From: Takakia lepidozioides
Lineage: Eukaryota > Plantae > Bryophyta
Reading direction: 5' to 3'
DNA length: 64,000 nucleotides
NCBI GenBank assembly: GCA_030704615.1
Contig: CM060733.1
Coordinates: forward strand, 50,716,001-50,780,000
Under the pieces are notes generated by a model. It saw only the letters and a list, made by a program, of their open reading frames with translations, ran no database searches and was not told the origin of the DNA. Position 1 is the first letter of the stretch, and the number at the start of each line of letters is the position of its first letter. Position numbers and translations under genes: made by a program. This document shows positions 1-12,429 of the stretch, one piece after another.

Positions 1-17
1 GGTGGTGTGTTGCACAG

Positions 18-3000
18 TATACAGAGCCATCTTCAGTCCTCTGATCATCTTTCTGGCTTGGTGAGTTGGTTTATTGCTTCTGACTTGGGGGACCCACAGG
101 ATGACAAAACCATAGCTCACCCCACTGTCAACTTGCTCACATCTACGATCAAGGTGGACGCAGAGCAGACAGACCTCCGATTCTGCTTCCGCATTATCTC
201 TCCAAACAAGAATTACACTCTTCAGGTACCCCCTCCATCTTTCCTTATTCGTGGAATGATAAATCCCTTGATGCAACAGGAAGTTGTTGGGATGTGGATA
301 TAAAGCATGCTTGCAATGCATGTGCAGGCTGAAAACGCAATTGATAGGATGGATTGGATGGACAAGATAACCGGCGTTATTGCATCTCTCCTAAATAGTC
401 AAGTCCCAGACCAGGTAAGACGGATTAAAGGGAAAACAGGATGCAATTATGCTGGTATTACATGTATTCAGTTGAACAAACCTCGTTCATTTCTACATCA
501 CTTGCTGGTGTTTCAAGTACCTAGGGGATGTGCCTGGTATAATTACAAATATGATACATGTAATATCTTGTAGTTACCATAGTTTTTATATGCCAAGGAG
601 TGTGAGGGATTGGACATTCAAGTTCATGAAACATGTGCAATTTTGGTGCTCAACAAACTAAGCTGGAAAGAGAGAAGTACTTCATTTACATGGCAGTGCA
701 GAACACAATTGGCAATCGTACGTAATGAAAATTGAGATGCTCCCATTGACCATCCCTGTGAAGCCTTATGAATGTTGTTGATGCAACTGGTTGGCAGAGG
801 CCTTATCGAAGTCCAATGAGTGGGGGTCACCATCGGACAGTTAGTGAGAGCAGTATGTTTAGTGCAGCATCTTCGGACCTGGACACTGTGGAGGACACAG
901 CAGTATCAAGAGGTTACTTTAGTAGTTCACATCGTGACCGTGGATCTGGAGGTGGATTACATTCTCAGAATTCATATGAACAGCAAGACAGGCCATTGGA
1001 CGTACTGCGACGGGTTGTAGGGAATGATGTGTGCGCTGATTGCAGTGCCGCGGAGCCCGATTGGGCTTCATTGAATCTGGGTGTCTTGCTTTGCATCGAG
1101 TGCTCAGGGGTGCATAGAAATCTTGGGGTTCATGTTTCTAAGGTATGTAGCAGTAGCAATCTTGTAGTTTCTTAGAGGTCTGACGGAGTACTAAAAAAAA
1201 GCAGCTCTCTCGGAATATCGAGAAACCAATAATATATCAGAACACAGTTGAGCGATTTTTCATTGATGTGCTGCTGTGCCAGAATAGCTATGCTGAACAA
1301 TGCTCGCCAAATTGCAAGCTGGTATTGCCACAGCTTGGAAGTTACTGGCAATCTTTATGCTAAGAAATGTTTTTTGTTTGTTTCACTGACTGAAATGGAT
1401 AATGATTAAATGCTTAAATGCATGTTTACCCATGGTATTCTCGATTCTGCCATCAAGAAAGTGTGTTTGTGTGCCGCATAAACAAAACCAGAAGTTGCTC
1501 AAAGTGTTGAGCTAATTTTTCCTTCCTTTATATCAAACATGTGTGACTTGCCTTGGTTTAACCCACAAACAAACCTTTTCTGGATCACAAAGCAATTGTC
1601 TGTGACTTGGACAATTTTAGGTGGTGGATTATGGTAGTCTTCCTGACTGTTTCTACTAGCTAGGATTTTTTTGCTAGCTGCCTACTAGGTGTTTTTCTTA
1701 ATTTTAGGATCCGTGAACTGGCTTGGTTTGGCTGGCAGGTGAGATCATTGACCCTGGATGTAAGGGTGTGGGAGCCGTCTGTCATTGGATATTTCCAGGC
1801 CATTGGAAATACATGTGCCAATTCAATTTGGGAGGGGCTTCTTCCAACAGAGGGCTGGACAAGAAGTTTTCCCTTCGGAGCAGCAAGCAACAGGTATTTG
1901 TGAATCTGAAGTTCGCTTACTATTACTCGGGCATTCCCTCATGGTCAGCACTTGGGTATTGTATGCTGATGGTGTTTTGTGAATGAACTGTTTTCAGTGG
2001 GGCTAGCCAGGATAGTGATCGCACCGGGGCAGATGTTGCAAGAGCAAAACCGGATTCCAGGGACCCTCTCCCTGTCAAGGAGAAGTTTATCCAGGCTAAG
2101 GTGCATTTCTCTCCTCTGTTTGTTGTTCTTTCTTGTTCTTGTTCTTTCCCTCACCCCTTTCCAACCCCCGCCACCAACAGTTGTACCTTTTCACAGTCCA
2201 GTTTGAGTGGCTCGCAACAAGGAGGAACAGCTGCACCAACGTAATTCTGTCTGGCTAGTGGCTGACTTTGGACATGGTTGATCTTTGCAGTATGTTGAGA
2301 AACGATTCGTACAGAAGACAAGGGTGGATCCACGTGGCCCTGCAGTGGCACGCCAGATCTGGGATGCCGTCCAAGCAAACAGGCAGCAACTTGCACTCCA
2401 TCTCCTCATCACAGCTGATGCTAATCCCAACACAACCTTGGAACAAGCAATAGGATCTTCAGATCCCTCACGATCACCATTAGTTGCAACCCTGACAACA
2501 GCACTGTCACGAAAGCACAGCGGTCCCTCTCAAAGCCAGCGCAGCAGCTGGAGTGGACCCTTAGTTGGAATGCACAGTTCGCCAGGTGTGTCAGAGTCAA
2601 GGTTGGCAGGTTCTAGCCCAGGGAGTGGAGCTAGGGGGAACGCTGCATCTAAATTGAGTAGCCCCGTATCCAGTGAACGGTCAGTTGACTCTATAAAGGA
2701 TATGCGTGGATGCACACTGCTGCATTTGGCTTGTCAACTTGGGGAGCTGAGTATGATCGAACTACTTCTTCAACATGGGGCGCAGGTCAATGTTAGTGAT
2801 GCTCTGGGCCGATCTCCTCTTCACCACTGTATTTTGAGTGGCAGAAATTCATGTGCAAAACTACTACTCACAAGGTACAGTTGTAAATTTCAATGCCACT
2901 ATTTTTGCAATATTATATGGGAAGATGCAGCAAGTTGGCATCTGCTGACTCTTATAAGCTTGTGGCCGTTTAGTCTGCAATTTTGTGATCAAGTTAATGG

Positions 3001-3388
3001 GACTTTCAAGCAGGTGGTCATTTTTCACTCAGTTATACAAGTGGTCTTGGAGTGGTTAGTTGTGCACTGATGATGTAATCCCATGTAAGCCTGCATGTGA
3101 CTTAAATCATCACCATTATCACTCGGGAACTCGGAACGTGCAATGGCACTTACCTTGTGGGCGTAGTTGTTGGCATGTTCATTTCACCCATTCAGTCGGG
3201 TTTATTAGGCAGCTTCCGCTACTTCGTGTGTTGACCTTGCATCTCACACTTTACTTCTTGCACCTTGCAGAGGAGCTAACCCATCTGCGACAGATACTTC
3301 GGGGAAAACTCCATTGGAGAGTGCAATGGACCAAGGTGCCATAACAGATGAAGAGCTTTTCCTTATGCTGTCTGAACCGAGCAGATAG
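18..3388 (+). CDS. ADP-ribosylation factor GTPase-activating protein, ACAP/AGD1-4 (VAN3/SFC) type; 5' part lies outside the window
   Basis: GT-AG exons ~18-225, 328-414, 798-1142, 1739-1893, 1998-2100, 2291-2874, 3271-3388 (TAG). They encode the PH-domain end ([27 protein letters not shown]...[22 protein letters not shown]), the ArfGAP zinc finger (CADC...[34 protein letters not shown]) and ankyrin repeats ([22 protein letters not shown]). Confidence 0.93.
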
Positions 3389-5398
3389 CACGACTCACTT
3401 CCTCCATGCCATTGTTTCCTTGTTTCAGCAACCTTCTTGGATGGGGTAGATTTGTGCATTGGGCTACATTGTAACCGCGTGGAATTTCTTTGTTAGTAGA
3501 AGCTGATAGTGTAAATCATTGATGTGGCATTGCCAGGGTTCCTCTCATCTTTCTCAAATAATAAGATAGTCAGAAATATTCCTTAATGAAAAGGAAAACA
3601 AATCTGGGATGTCAAGCAGAGAGTAAGCAAGGCGCTATAACCAGAGTTTCTTATGCACTGAGTAACTGAAATGGGTTTGAGGGGGCACATGTTAGTTGAA
3701 CTCTTAAAGAGTTCTGTTAGCCCCTTTAATGTTGTTCATGGAAAGTACTTGGACGTAGGTTCTGTAGATGGTTAGAGCAGTGACTGTTATGATGTTTACC
3801 ATGACAATGGTTTCTAGTGAACCTGTCAAAGTCCATGCACACAGCTGAAAAACAAGTTCCTTTGGTGCTCAGGCTAATTGTAAGGCTCGCCACTGTGCCG
3901 GGTTAAATTCTTTTCTCAAACGGTTTAAATCTGAGGACTTCAATCTCGAAAATAATCTCTCTTGAGGTGAGCAGCTTAGAGGACCTCAGGTTGTTGTGTT
4001 CTGAACTGAACTAAAGCATGCCTGGTTGTTTTCTTTTTCGGTCTGTCTATGGAGAATTCTCAACTCTTTGTGTGTAGGATTGGGCCATAATCAGACCATG
4101 TTGATATGTTGCTGATCTCCCAAACAGGTGCCTTAGTATTTGAGCACCTACAGGCTTGGACGCCATCCCCTCTGAAATTTAAGCCAAGGGGAGCGAGTAA
4201 AGAGACCTCTCCTGAAACCTGACAGGTGACATTTGCGCAGAATATGTATAGGTGTGGGTGCCTGCCCTATCCTTCCAGCTAGGTGCCTGCAAGGGCTATT
4301 CCTGTACTTAATGGCTGATACTGTTTGATTGGGACCCCTTCCCCTTCCCCTTCCCATTCGTTATCCCATGGTGATGACTGCTAGCCAGTTTTACTCTGGA
4401 ATGCTCCTGTTTCTAAATCCTGTATTGGGAAGTTGACCAAATCACAAATATCAGACTGGTTTGCAGTATCATTGGTGTGTTCTGAAGATTGAAGTTGCCC
4501 CCAAGATGTTGTGGTGAGACTTGGAAAACTGGCCATTTGCAAAGAAGAGGAGATTGCACATGGGTGTGGTCCGATTTATGATGCCTACTTTGGACGAGGT
4601 CCGTTTCTCCGACACAGTCTGGCGATGCGCCTTGTTGACGCATGAGGTACGTGCCAGCGTCCATAGCAAACATGCAGATGCTCCTCCACCGATGTACAAA
4701 GTTGTGGGTACTTGCATGATGATCTGTGTTGGTCAGGTGTAGGCCCCTCCCATGTTCGACCACTGCTCTAGGCCTGATAGGCAGCATCGAAACCAGAGAA
4801 CCTAACATCTCGCTCCCTTTTGTGCATGCATGGGATTTGTGCCGTATGTGGAGCAGATGCTGATTTGGGTGACGTAAATCAAAGCATCTGGACTCTGTGG
4901 GCCCTAGCAAATCTGGTTCGCCCTCACTCTCCTCTTCCTTTCCAGCCCAAGCTTTTTATTACATGGCTGCATCATAGAACCCACCCCGCTCCTCGCCCTT
5001 CCTGCCCTAAACTTCATTGGAGAAGCAGCGGAGCTTTGCATTCATGAGCTGCCAGGCAGTTGACCCAAGCTCCACCTACCCCGCCCCACCCCAGCGATGT
5101 CACACCTGCACATGTGGACCCCAGACCCCCAAACGATACCGTGATACCCTTCCAGTCGGTCGATGGAGGAAGAAATGACTGACGGAGCGCAGCAATGACT
5201 AACGGACGCTTCGTGAGCCATTTTCGTCCACAAATATACAAGTGGCGTCTGAAGTCTGAACATGCGAGAGTCGGTTCTACATCTCCATCCACTTCCCTAC
5301 GTATCCTTCACTTCACACTCGTAGTACATTCATTCATGAATTGCACACTTATTGAAGTGGTGGAGGGCCCACTGTGTGTGTGTTTAGAGACCTAACTA

Positions 5399-5597
5399 TA
5401 TACGTATGTGGGGAGCTTGTCTAACGGTTGTCCCCGTCATTTTTGTTGTATTATACGTATGTGAGGAGCTTGTCTAACGGTTGTCCCCGTCATTTTTGTT
5501 GTATTATACGTATGTGAGGAGCTTGTCTAACGGTTGTCCCCGTCATTTTTGTTGTATTATACGGATGTGAGGAGCTTGTCTAACTGTTTGTCCCCAT
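5399..5597. repeat. 53-bp tandem minisatellite, about 3.7 copies
   Basis: Unit TATACGTATGTGAGGAGCTTGTCTAACGGTTGTCCCCGTCATTTTTGTTGTAT starts at 5399, 5452, 5505 and 5558; copies are nearly identical with no spacers. Confidence 0.95.
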
Positions 5598-5643
5598 CCT
5601 CTTTCTTGGCCCTGCTTTTTCATAAAGGAAGCCAGGGACTACG

Positions 5644-5920
5644 CAATGTGTTTTTATTTCTGGCGAACTTTCGCAATATTTCGACCTCAAAAAATAAAAT
5701 GGAATATTCTGTCGTAAATTCCTTGTTTTCTCATGGATGAAATCGCCAAACTTCTCCAAATAAAATATAAATTATGGATGAATTCGCCAAATATGGATGA
5801 AATTACAGCGAGGAGGATGATTCTATCCAAATTTCAGTGGATGAACGAAAAATGTGGCTATTTCCTGCAAAACTCAGCAGCCACTCCTGATATTCTCCAA
5901 ATTTCAAACAAAAAACACTG
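5644..5920. mobile_element. Possible degenerate MITE (hAT-like)
   Basis: Ends CAATGTGTTTTT and AAAAAACACTG are imperfectly inverted; internal repeated GGATGAA..CGCCAAA motifs; no clean TSD. Confidence 0.35.
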
Positions 5921-7899
5921 TAACAGTAACGCATCCCTCTCATGGTTGGAGAAGGGAACATTGTAAGTGTTGTTGAGAACTTAAGTAAGAAAGATGGAAG
6001 TGATACGTTCAAAATGATTCTACCAAGGCAAGGCTACCATGCATCCATGTGTCATGTTGTTTTATAGACATGTGGGGAATGGAGCTTGATCAACTTCCTT
6101 GTTGCTTCTGTGGGCGGTTTTGAGACGACTGAGGAAGGAAGGATGATGAGGAGGAAGGAGAAGAAGTGGGAGAGAACAGCCACGCAGCCCTGACACAAAG
6201 CGGGCGTAGCAAAAAAAGACTGCCTGCATTATTCCCTCAATAATTCACACTCGCTCTGTTGTTGTGTTGTGTATTTTGGGCCCACCCAGCACACCAACAC
6301 TAAAAGGCCCCAGTTAGGGTTTGCTGTCCTGTAGGCTGTAAGAGGGTGGCTGGCTAGCGCGTTGGTTATCCTTCTAGTTAGGTTAAGCTGTCCGGCTAAC
6401 TCCATGTTAGCTTGTGTGTCAGTTAGGGTAGACAACCCAATAGCTAGTCCGAAAATCCAAAAATCTCAAATGAAAATATTTAGACCTCTTGCAGTTTAAT
6501 GCGCACTTATTCATCTAATTGAAGGGTGCACTGGCTGGGTAGTAGCCCATTAGGTTTATTTAAGAACACTATTTTAGTGGCAATCTCTAAGAACTCTAGT
6601 AAGAAGTTGTCGGCGCTTTGGATCCCCTTGTGTTGGTTGAGTTTCTATAGCATCTAGGGTAGTTGCGATCATTCTCTATTGACTATGTGCAGGGGTGTAG
6701 AGTCCGTTAGATGGAGAAGGCTTTGGATGCTGGTGGCAAGTGATCCGACATTCCAGGTGAGTATGTTGAGTGACTGTGCTTGTGCTGGCTAGGAGGAGGA
6801 GGTGTGTGGGGGGCTATTGGACCTAGGGAATGTTGGAGGTGGGTCATTGGTGGAGCTGGGCATGCAGGGTGGCAGCTGTACCTACCAGAAATAATCAAAT
6901 TAAGTACAGAATACAATTCGAGTGGATGGGTGCGACTCATGCATTTGCAAGTAAACCTATTCACTGGACACTAAAATGTCGTTTGGACGCACATGGGTAG
7001 GTCTAGAGATGTGCAGCCAGCTCCGCAATGTCTCCGCACTGCCATACATATGGTCCACCATTTCACCAGCAAAATACGTGTTCCACCACTTTTGCCAGTC
7101 AGTATGGAGCCGCCGTAGCTTGAGAGAGATGACACCAACCGGAGGTAGCGTAAATAAGAGCATACCGTACTGCCCCCTTTGTGGTATGGGCTGTATATCA
7201 CGCTCAAAATATATGAGATCAAAGAGTACTTTTGCCATGCTTGAGCAACTATAGACTTCCAATCTAATGCACAGAAGAATTCCGTTTATTGATTTGTTGG
7301 TACCTATCATTGTACCTAAGCCTCCAAAAGCCGTTCTCTATCCACTGCCGCCGTGGGATGAGTAAGTTAGCCATGGCCACATGTTAGGAAAATGTGCGGC
7401 CAGTCCCCTCAGCCTAGGGGTTCGTTAGAGCCCCAGCGTCGGCGTTCCGCCGCGGCATTAGATATATGTGCGAATAAGGTATCAAATAACAAGAGTGAAA
7501 ACATTGAGATGCATTGAGTCTCATATCAGATTGATGGAGGGGGTGTGGATTCAGGAACAGTTAGAATACTTAACTGAGTTTTGCAAATTAACCAGAATAA
7601 AGTTAACCAGGGATCTCCCTGTTAACAAAAAAAAAAAAAAAAAAAAAACTTACCAGCTTGCTACAGTGATGATATTAATCATCAGCCAGCATATTGCCAA
7701 ATTACAAAATTAAGAGGACAAGTCAAACAGAAAGAAGTCAAAAACTGTATTCACATCCTGCCAGCAAAAAAGGGCCCTCTTGTCCAAATCCAAATAGTAA
7801 TTGTATCCTCACTTGGTCATTCTATTGGTCAAAGGCGTATTCTAGTTTTTATTTTATTTTCAAAGGGAGGAACAGAGGCCCTTAAGTTTTATTTAAAAA

Positions 7900-10800
7900 T
7901 ACGACTTCCTGGCCAAACTTAGGGCAGCCACTGCTGTCAGTAAAACTTTGAGCAAAGAAATCTCTGAGGCCAGAAAAAGGAAATTTCAGGCCCTTACAAA
8001 ATGCCTCAGAGTTTGCCAAGTGAGGATGGAGTCCCCTAGGTATGATGAAGCCACATTCCGGACGTACCAGGAAGCTAAGGAGAATATGGAGTTATTCCAG
8101 ACACTCAAGGAGAAGAAACTTAGGCTTTAGGCTAGAATAAACTGGTCCACCAAAGGCGAAAAAATGACCAAATACTTTTTGATAAAGCTAGGCAGAAGAG
8201 GGTGGCTCACTCTATTGCCGAGCTCAAGGACCCTACTTCGGGCACCTCAGCAACCACTCCAAAAGAACTGGCAGCAATGGCAGCCAGTCACTTTGAGAGA
8301 CTGTTCCATAGTGAATCATGTCTTTCACCACTTTCCCAAACACAAGTCTAGTGCCTACAACATACCCCACCACTGCTGAACCCCAATGGCGCAGCGGCCT
8401 CGCTGGAGGAGATTTTACGAACATCAAATTGCAGGATGCCCTACTTGATCTTCAAAATGGCAAGTCACCAGGTTTAGACGGAGTCCCGGTTGAGTTCCAC
8501 AAATCCATGTGGCAACTATATCCCATGATTTTGTAGAAATAGCCACAACCATATCTTTCAGCCTCAGAACATGCCAACCCAGTTGTCACAGGGAATAATC
8601 ATCTTGCTCTTTAAAAAGGGTGACAGAACCAGCATTGCCAATTACATGCCGATTACCCTACTTATCGTGGCTTACAAAGCCATAGCCAAAGCCCTGGCAA
8701 TCCAACTGCATCCCCACCTCCCAGCTATTATACGCCCTAGCCAAAGGGTTTCATCAAAGGTAGATACATACTAGACAATCTACTCCTAGCCCAGGAAATT
8801 CCAGTCTATGCCAAAAAAACAAACCGGGCTATAGCAATGCTCCTCCTTGACTTTGAGAAGGAATTCGATAGGGTGGAATGGTCCTTTCTCCTTGGGGCCC
8901 TCCACAAGATCGGTATCCCCCAAGCTTTCTGCTCGCAGGTCAAAACACTATTGATGGGATCTTCAAGTAGAGCTCTCCTAAATGGGCATCTCTCCAAATC
9001 ATTTCCTCTTCTCCGCTCAGTCCGACAAGGCTGCCCACTCTCCCCCTTCCTCTTCATCATAGTGACGGATACACTAGTAGGCCATATGCTCCAAGCAAGC
9101 CAATGCATTCAAGGGCTTCACATCACCAACCGTGTGACCAGACAACCTCAACAAGTCAAGGAGTCCATGTTTGTGGACGCTACCTTCCTGGGCTTGCAGG
9201 CCACAAAAACCAACTTGGATAATGCCAGCTCCTGACTGTGGCCTTCTCATGGGGGAAACTTCAGCCTCAACACTAGGGACAGACCCCACTTCGGGCCAAG
9301 ACAAAGGCCTAAGGTGGCTGAAGCCAGGACAAACAACCACCCTGCTAGGTTATACTTTGGGGATTGACCTCTCGGATCAGCAGATATTTGCGGCAACACA
9401 AGCCAAACTAATAAACAAGCTGGCATACTGGGGCTCCCAGCACCTGTCAATCACTGGAAGGGTGCTCGTAGCTAATCAGGTCCTGTTAGCGGGTCAATGG
9501 TATTTTGCCTCAGCCTAGAAACCCAACGCCACTCAGATCAAAGAAACGAAAAGGCTTCTTCAGAATTTCGTGTGGGGTGCAAGACACCCCTAGGAAAAAA
9601 AAAAAGGCCTCAGATCGCGTGGAAGCAAATCTGCTTGCCAAAAAAGAAAGGGGGTCTGGGCATAATAGACCCGGAAACCCAGATCACGACATACTAGCTA
9701 AGTGGATTCCGAGGTTCTTGGGGCCAGAGGGCGGAACCTGGAAACACCTCGTCTGTGATAACATGGTCCTTACCTCGCCCCTGAAAACTACCCCTTGGTT
9801 CCCATCCCTCAGATGGATTGCATATGCCATGATGCCACGGGGTCTACTTCCAAAAATTACCACCTAACGTACAAAAAAATATAGGGTGTCATTTATTCTT
9901 TACAACTAAAAATTAGAACATTTTTCAAAGTAATATAGGGTATGAGAAATATAGGCGGGAGCATTTAAATGAATTCAGGGTAGAGGTTAAAGTCTCCAAT
10001 TACATTTTATTTAGAATTACTCATAGGGTGAAGGTATTTTTGAATGACACCAGCAGTGTATGGATGTGTAGTGTGAAAAGAAAGGGGTAAAAATCCATTT
10101 GTAGTTAGTTAGCTGATTGTTCATTGACCAGAGAATGACCCTACCTACACTGTAAAGTGTGGGCAGAGCTAAGGTTAAGCTGTTTGATTACTTAGATCCA
10201 TGATGAACATGTGCAATTGCATATGCCACGATGTTTTCCCCCTCCATTCTGTTTCTTTTCTCTCTGACGACTAGCCTTCATATGCAACTATCAGTGCATC
10301 CCTTGCTATATACCAATGCAAAATTTCATAAACAGCAGCTGCCATCATTGGAAGCAGAGTGTGTCCGTTGTTAATTCTCATTTAGAAAACAAACCCCACT
10401 TCAACATTGTTGTGGCAACAATACCTTTGATATCTTGTTCATGGTCCGAGTGTAGGCACAACAAGATCCCCCCACTACCTTAGCAGCTCAATAACTTTGA
10501 CTTACGATAGAGGTCAGAATGTATACACCCTTGCTGATGTCGATAGTGATACTCTAGATGAGTTTGTTTCTAGCAAGTAATGAAATATAAAATGCAAGTT
10601 TGTATGGGAATGTAAAACATAAGTTTTTGCTTTGTAAAAATTTATTTATTTAATTTCAAATATTCATGGTTGCTGTTGAATATAAAAAAATAGCCTACTC
10701 AAAAATGTTGTATATTAGAAAATTATATAATTATAGGGTGTAGAAAAAACCAAAAAATTAAAAATACCCCCTAGGAAAATACCATTTTATCGCACGTGTC

Positions 10801-11280
10801 TACCAAACTGATAAGGAGTGCCCCCCCCCCCCCCCCCCCCCGCGAGCAATGGATTCAAGTATAAAATGATTGGGTCTTCCCTATGGGCATCCATCTGGGA
10901 TGCTTGGTCCAAACTCAGACCGCACATTAAAATCGACTCCTGAATCCTATGATGAAACTCTCCGCCAAGGAAGGTGCATTCAACCCAAAAGATCAGATCG
11001 CGGAAGCCAAGGTGGGGAAAATCAGAGCCGCATCGTCTTATGATACCTTAGTGCAATCTTCTTCTACACTTTGGCTGCCCATTCTACAGCTAGGCCCAGC
11101 GATACCCGATGCCAATTTCTGGACACTAGGAACTATCAATAACACAATCAGGATCATGTTTGTCACGGAAACTGATAATCTCCTCTACAAAGGGTACCTC
11201 TTTCATTGCGATACCAATACAATGAGGCTCACCCTCCAAGGCTCCACCCCTCGTTTCTCTCACACCCCCATCAGAGTCTG
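7900..11280 (+). mobile_element. Degenerate non-LTR retrotransposon (LINE, L1/Tx1-like) ORF2, interrupted by a ~1-kb insertion
   Basis: Fragmented RT motifs GKSPGLDGVPVEF, LLFKKGD..NY.PITLL, LLDFEKEFDRVEW, SVRQGCPLSP, FVDAT (degenerate YADD) and KKKGGLGI, with stops and frameshifts. The frame breaks at ~9822 (SLRWI) and resumes at ~10846 (NGFKYKM..LW). Confidence 0.9.
9823..10845. mobile_element. Unclassified AT-rich insertion (~1 kb) inside the LINE
   Basis: LINE coding sequence is collinear on both sides when compared with the paralogous LINE at 30570-30810 (SLRWIVNGFKHKL). The insert has repeated ATAGGGTG motifs and ends in a long C run. Confidence 0.6.
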
Positions 11281-11374
11281 TTTAATTTTTTCCCTCCCAA
11301 TAATCTTGTAAGGGCTATGCCCACCAAAATATTTCAGAATAAAGTTAACCAAGGATCTCCCTGTTAAAAAAAAC

Positions 11375-11790
11375 GCACATAAAAATATTCCAGGGAGCCA
11401 TAGAGACTAACAATTTGGACACCGCCACGCGGCACGCCCGACTCGATCCCGGAGTGTCAACATCCTCTGCATCACCTGAAATTTGGCCCTGGTCTCTTCT
11501 ACGATTGTGCCCGGCAGCCTGTATTGGATCAGGTGCAATAGGTGGCTCCTCGCCACGAAAAACAGTCGCTCTAGGGCCACAATCGATATGTGGTACTACC
11601 TCCCCATCCTCGAGGGAGACGGATCGATGTTTCCTCACCATCGCATCCTAATTAACACACACCACCAGCACTTTTATTTTCAAAAACCGTTGGCGAAAAA
11701 ACCCTATGCCTCAGCCTCGGGGCTTTCAAAATTGGTAATCAAAGGTGGAGCATCCCTCTAGTGCTAAAGAGCCCAATACAATAAATCCTT
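11375..11790 (+). mobile_element. Additional LINE ORF2 C-terminal fragment
   Basis: Starts CGCACATAAAAAT, resembling 10921 CGCACATTAAAAT of the preceding LINE, and follows a polyA-tailed retroposon end at 11336-11374. Confidence 0.45.
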
Positions 11791-12039
11791 CCTCACGTTC
11801 TATCTTCAGGATGTCCACACCATGGAAAAATTTGTTGAGACCCAGCGCTTTGCGCTTTGGGTATGTGAATCCTAATTACACCATTTATCCTTTCAACCCC
11901 AAGACCCACAACCAAAATCGCCAATCCAAAACCCAGCACCATAAAGAAAAGCAAACTCACCCAGTACCATATGAAAAAAAACAAAACAAAAATAAAAACT
12001 AAGAACCCCAATTAAAGGCCCTAAACCCTAAACCTAGAA

Positions 12040-12290
12040 AGGCCGGCCGTCGCCTCCTGCGGCGCGTTTTTTTCAGTCTTTTACCTAGGGGTCGCACCCC
12101 GCGACAGAAAGCCGTCGCGGGGGGGGGGGGATGTGTTTTTTTAATTTATGGGGCCAGGGGTCGCAAGCAGCGACGGCCCGCGGTCGCAAATACCATTTTT
12201 ACATTTTTAAAAAAAAGCGGGGTGCAGGCATGCGACGGCCGGGCGTCGCATGTAGGCGCCGCGCCCTTTTTTTTTCCCTAAGTAACTAGA
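12040..12290. mobile_element. End of a CACTA-like DNA transposon (subterminal repeat block)
   Basis: Paired inverted GCGAC/GTCGC motifs, poly-G runs and a T-tract end; same architecture as 31293-31620 and 32640-32830. Confidence 0.55.
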
Positions 12291-12429
12291 AACATTGCCT
12301 GAAATAATAAAAAAGAACTACTACATAATATTTTACTAGAAATTGACATCATATCTATATACTAATAATCAATTCCCCTCATTTGGCCCTATTTATCCGT
12401 AAAACTTTGGTTTCTCCAAGTTGAACAAA

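Noticed and set aside
5399-5597. Regular repeat as a possible CRISPR array
   Set aside because: Head-to-tail units with no unique spacers, no cas genes, eukaryotic context.
12020-12040. CCCTAAA telomere-like motifs (also 32493, 50401)
   Set aside because: Only 1-2 units each; common telo-box or TE-internal motifs, not a telomere or fusion scar.
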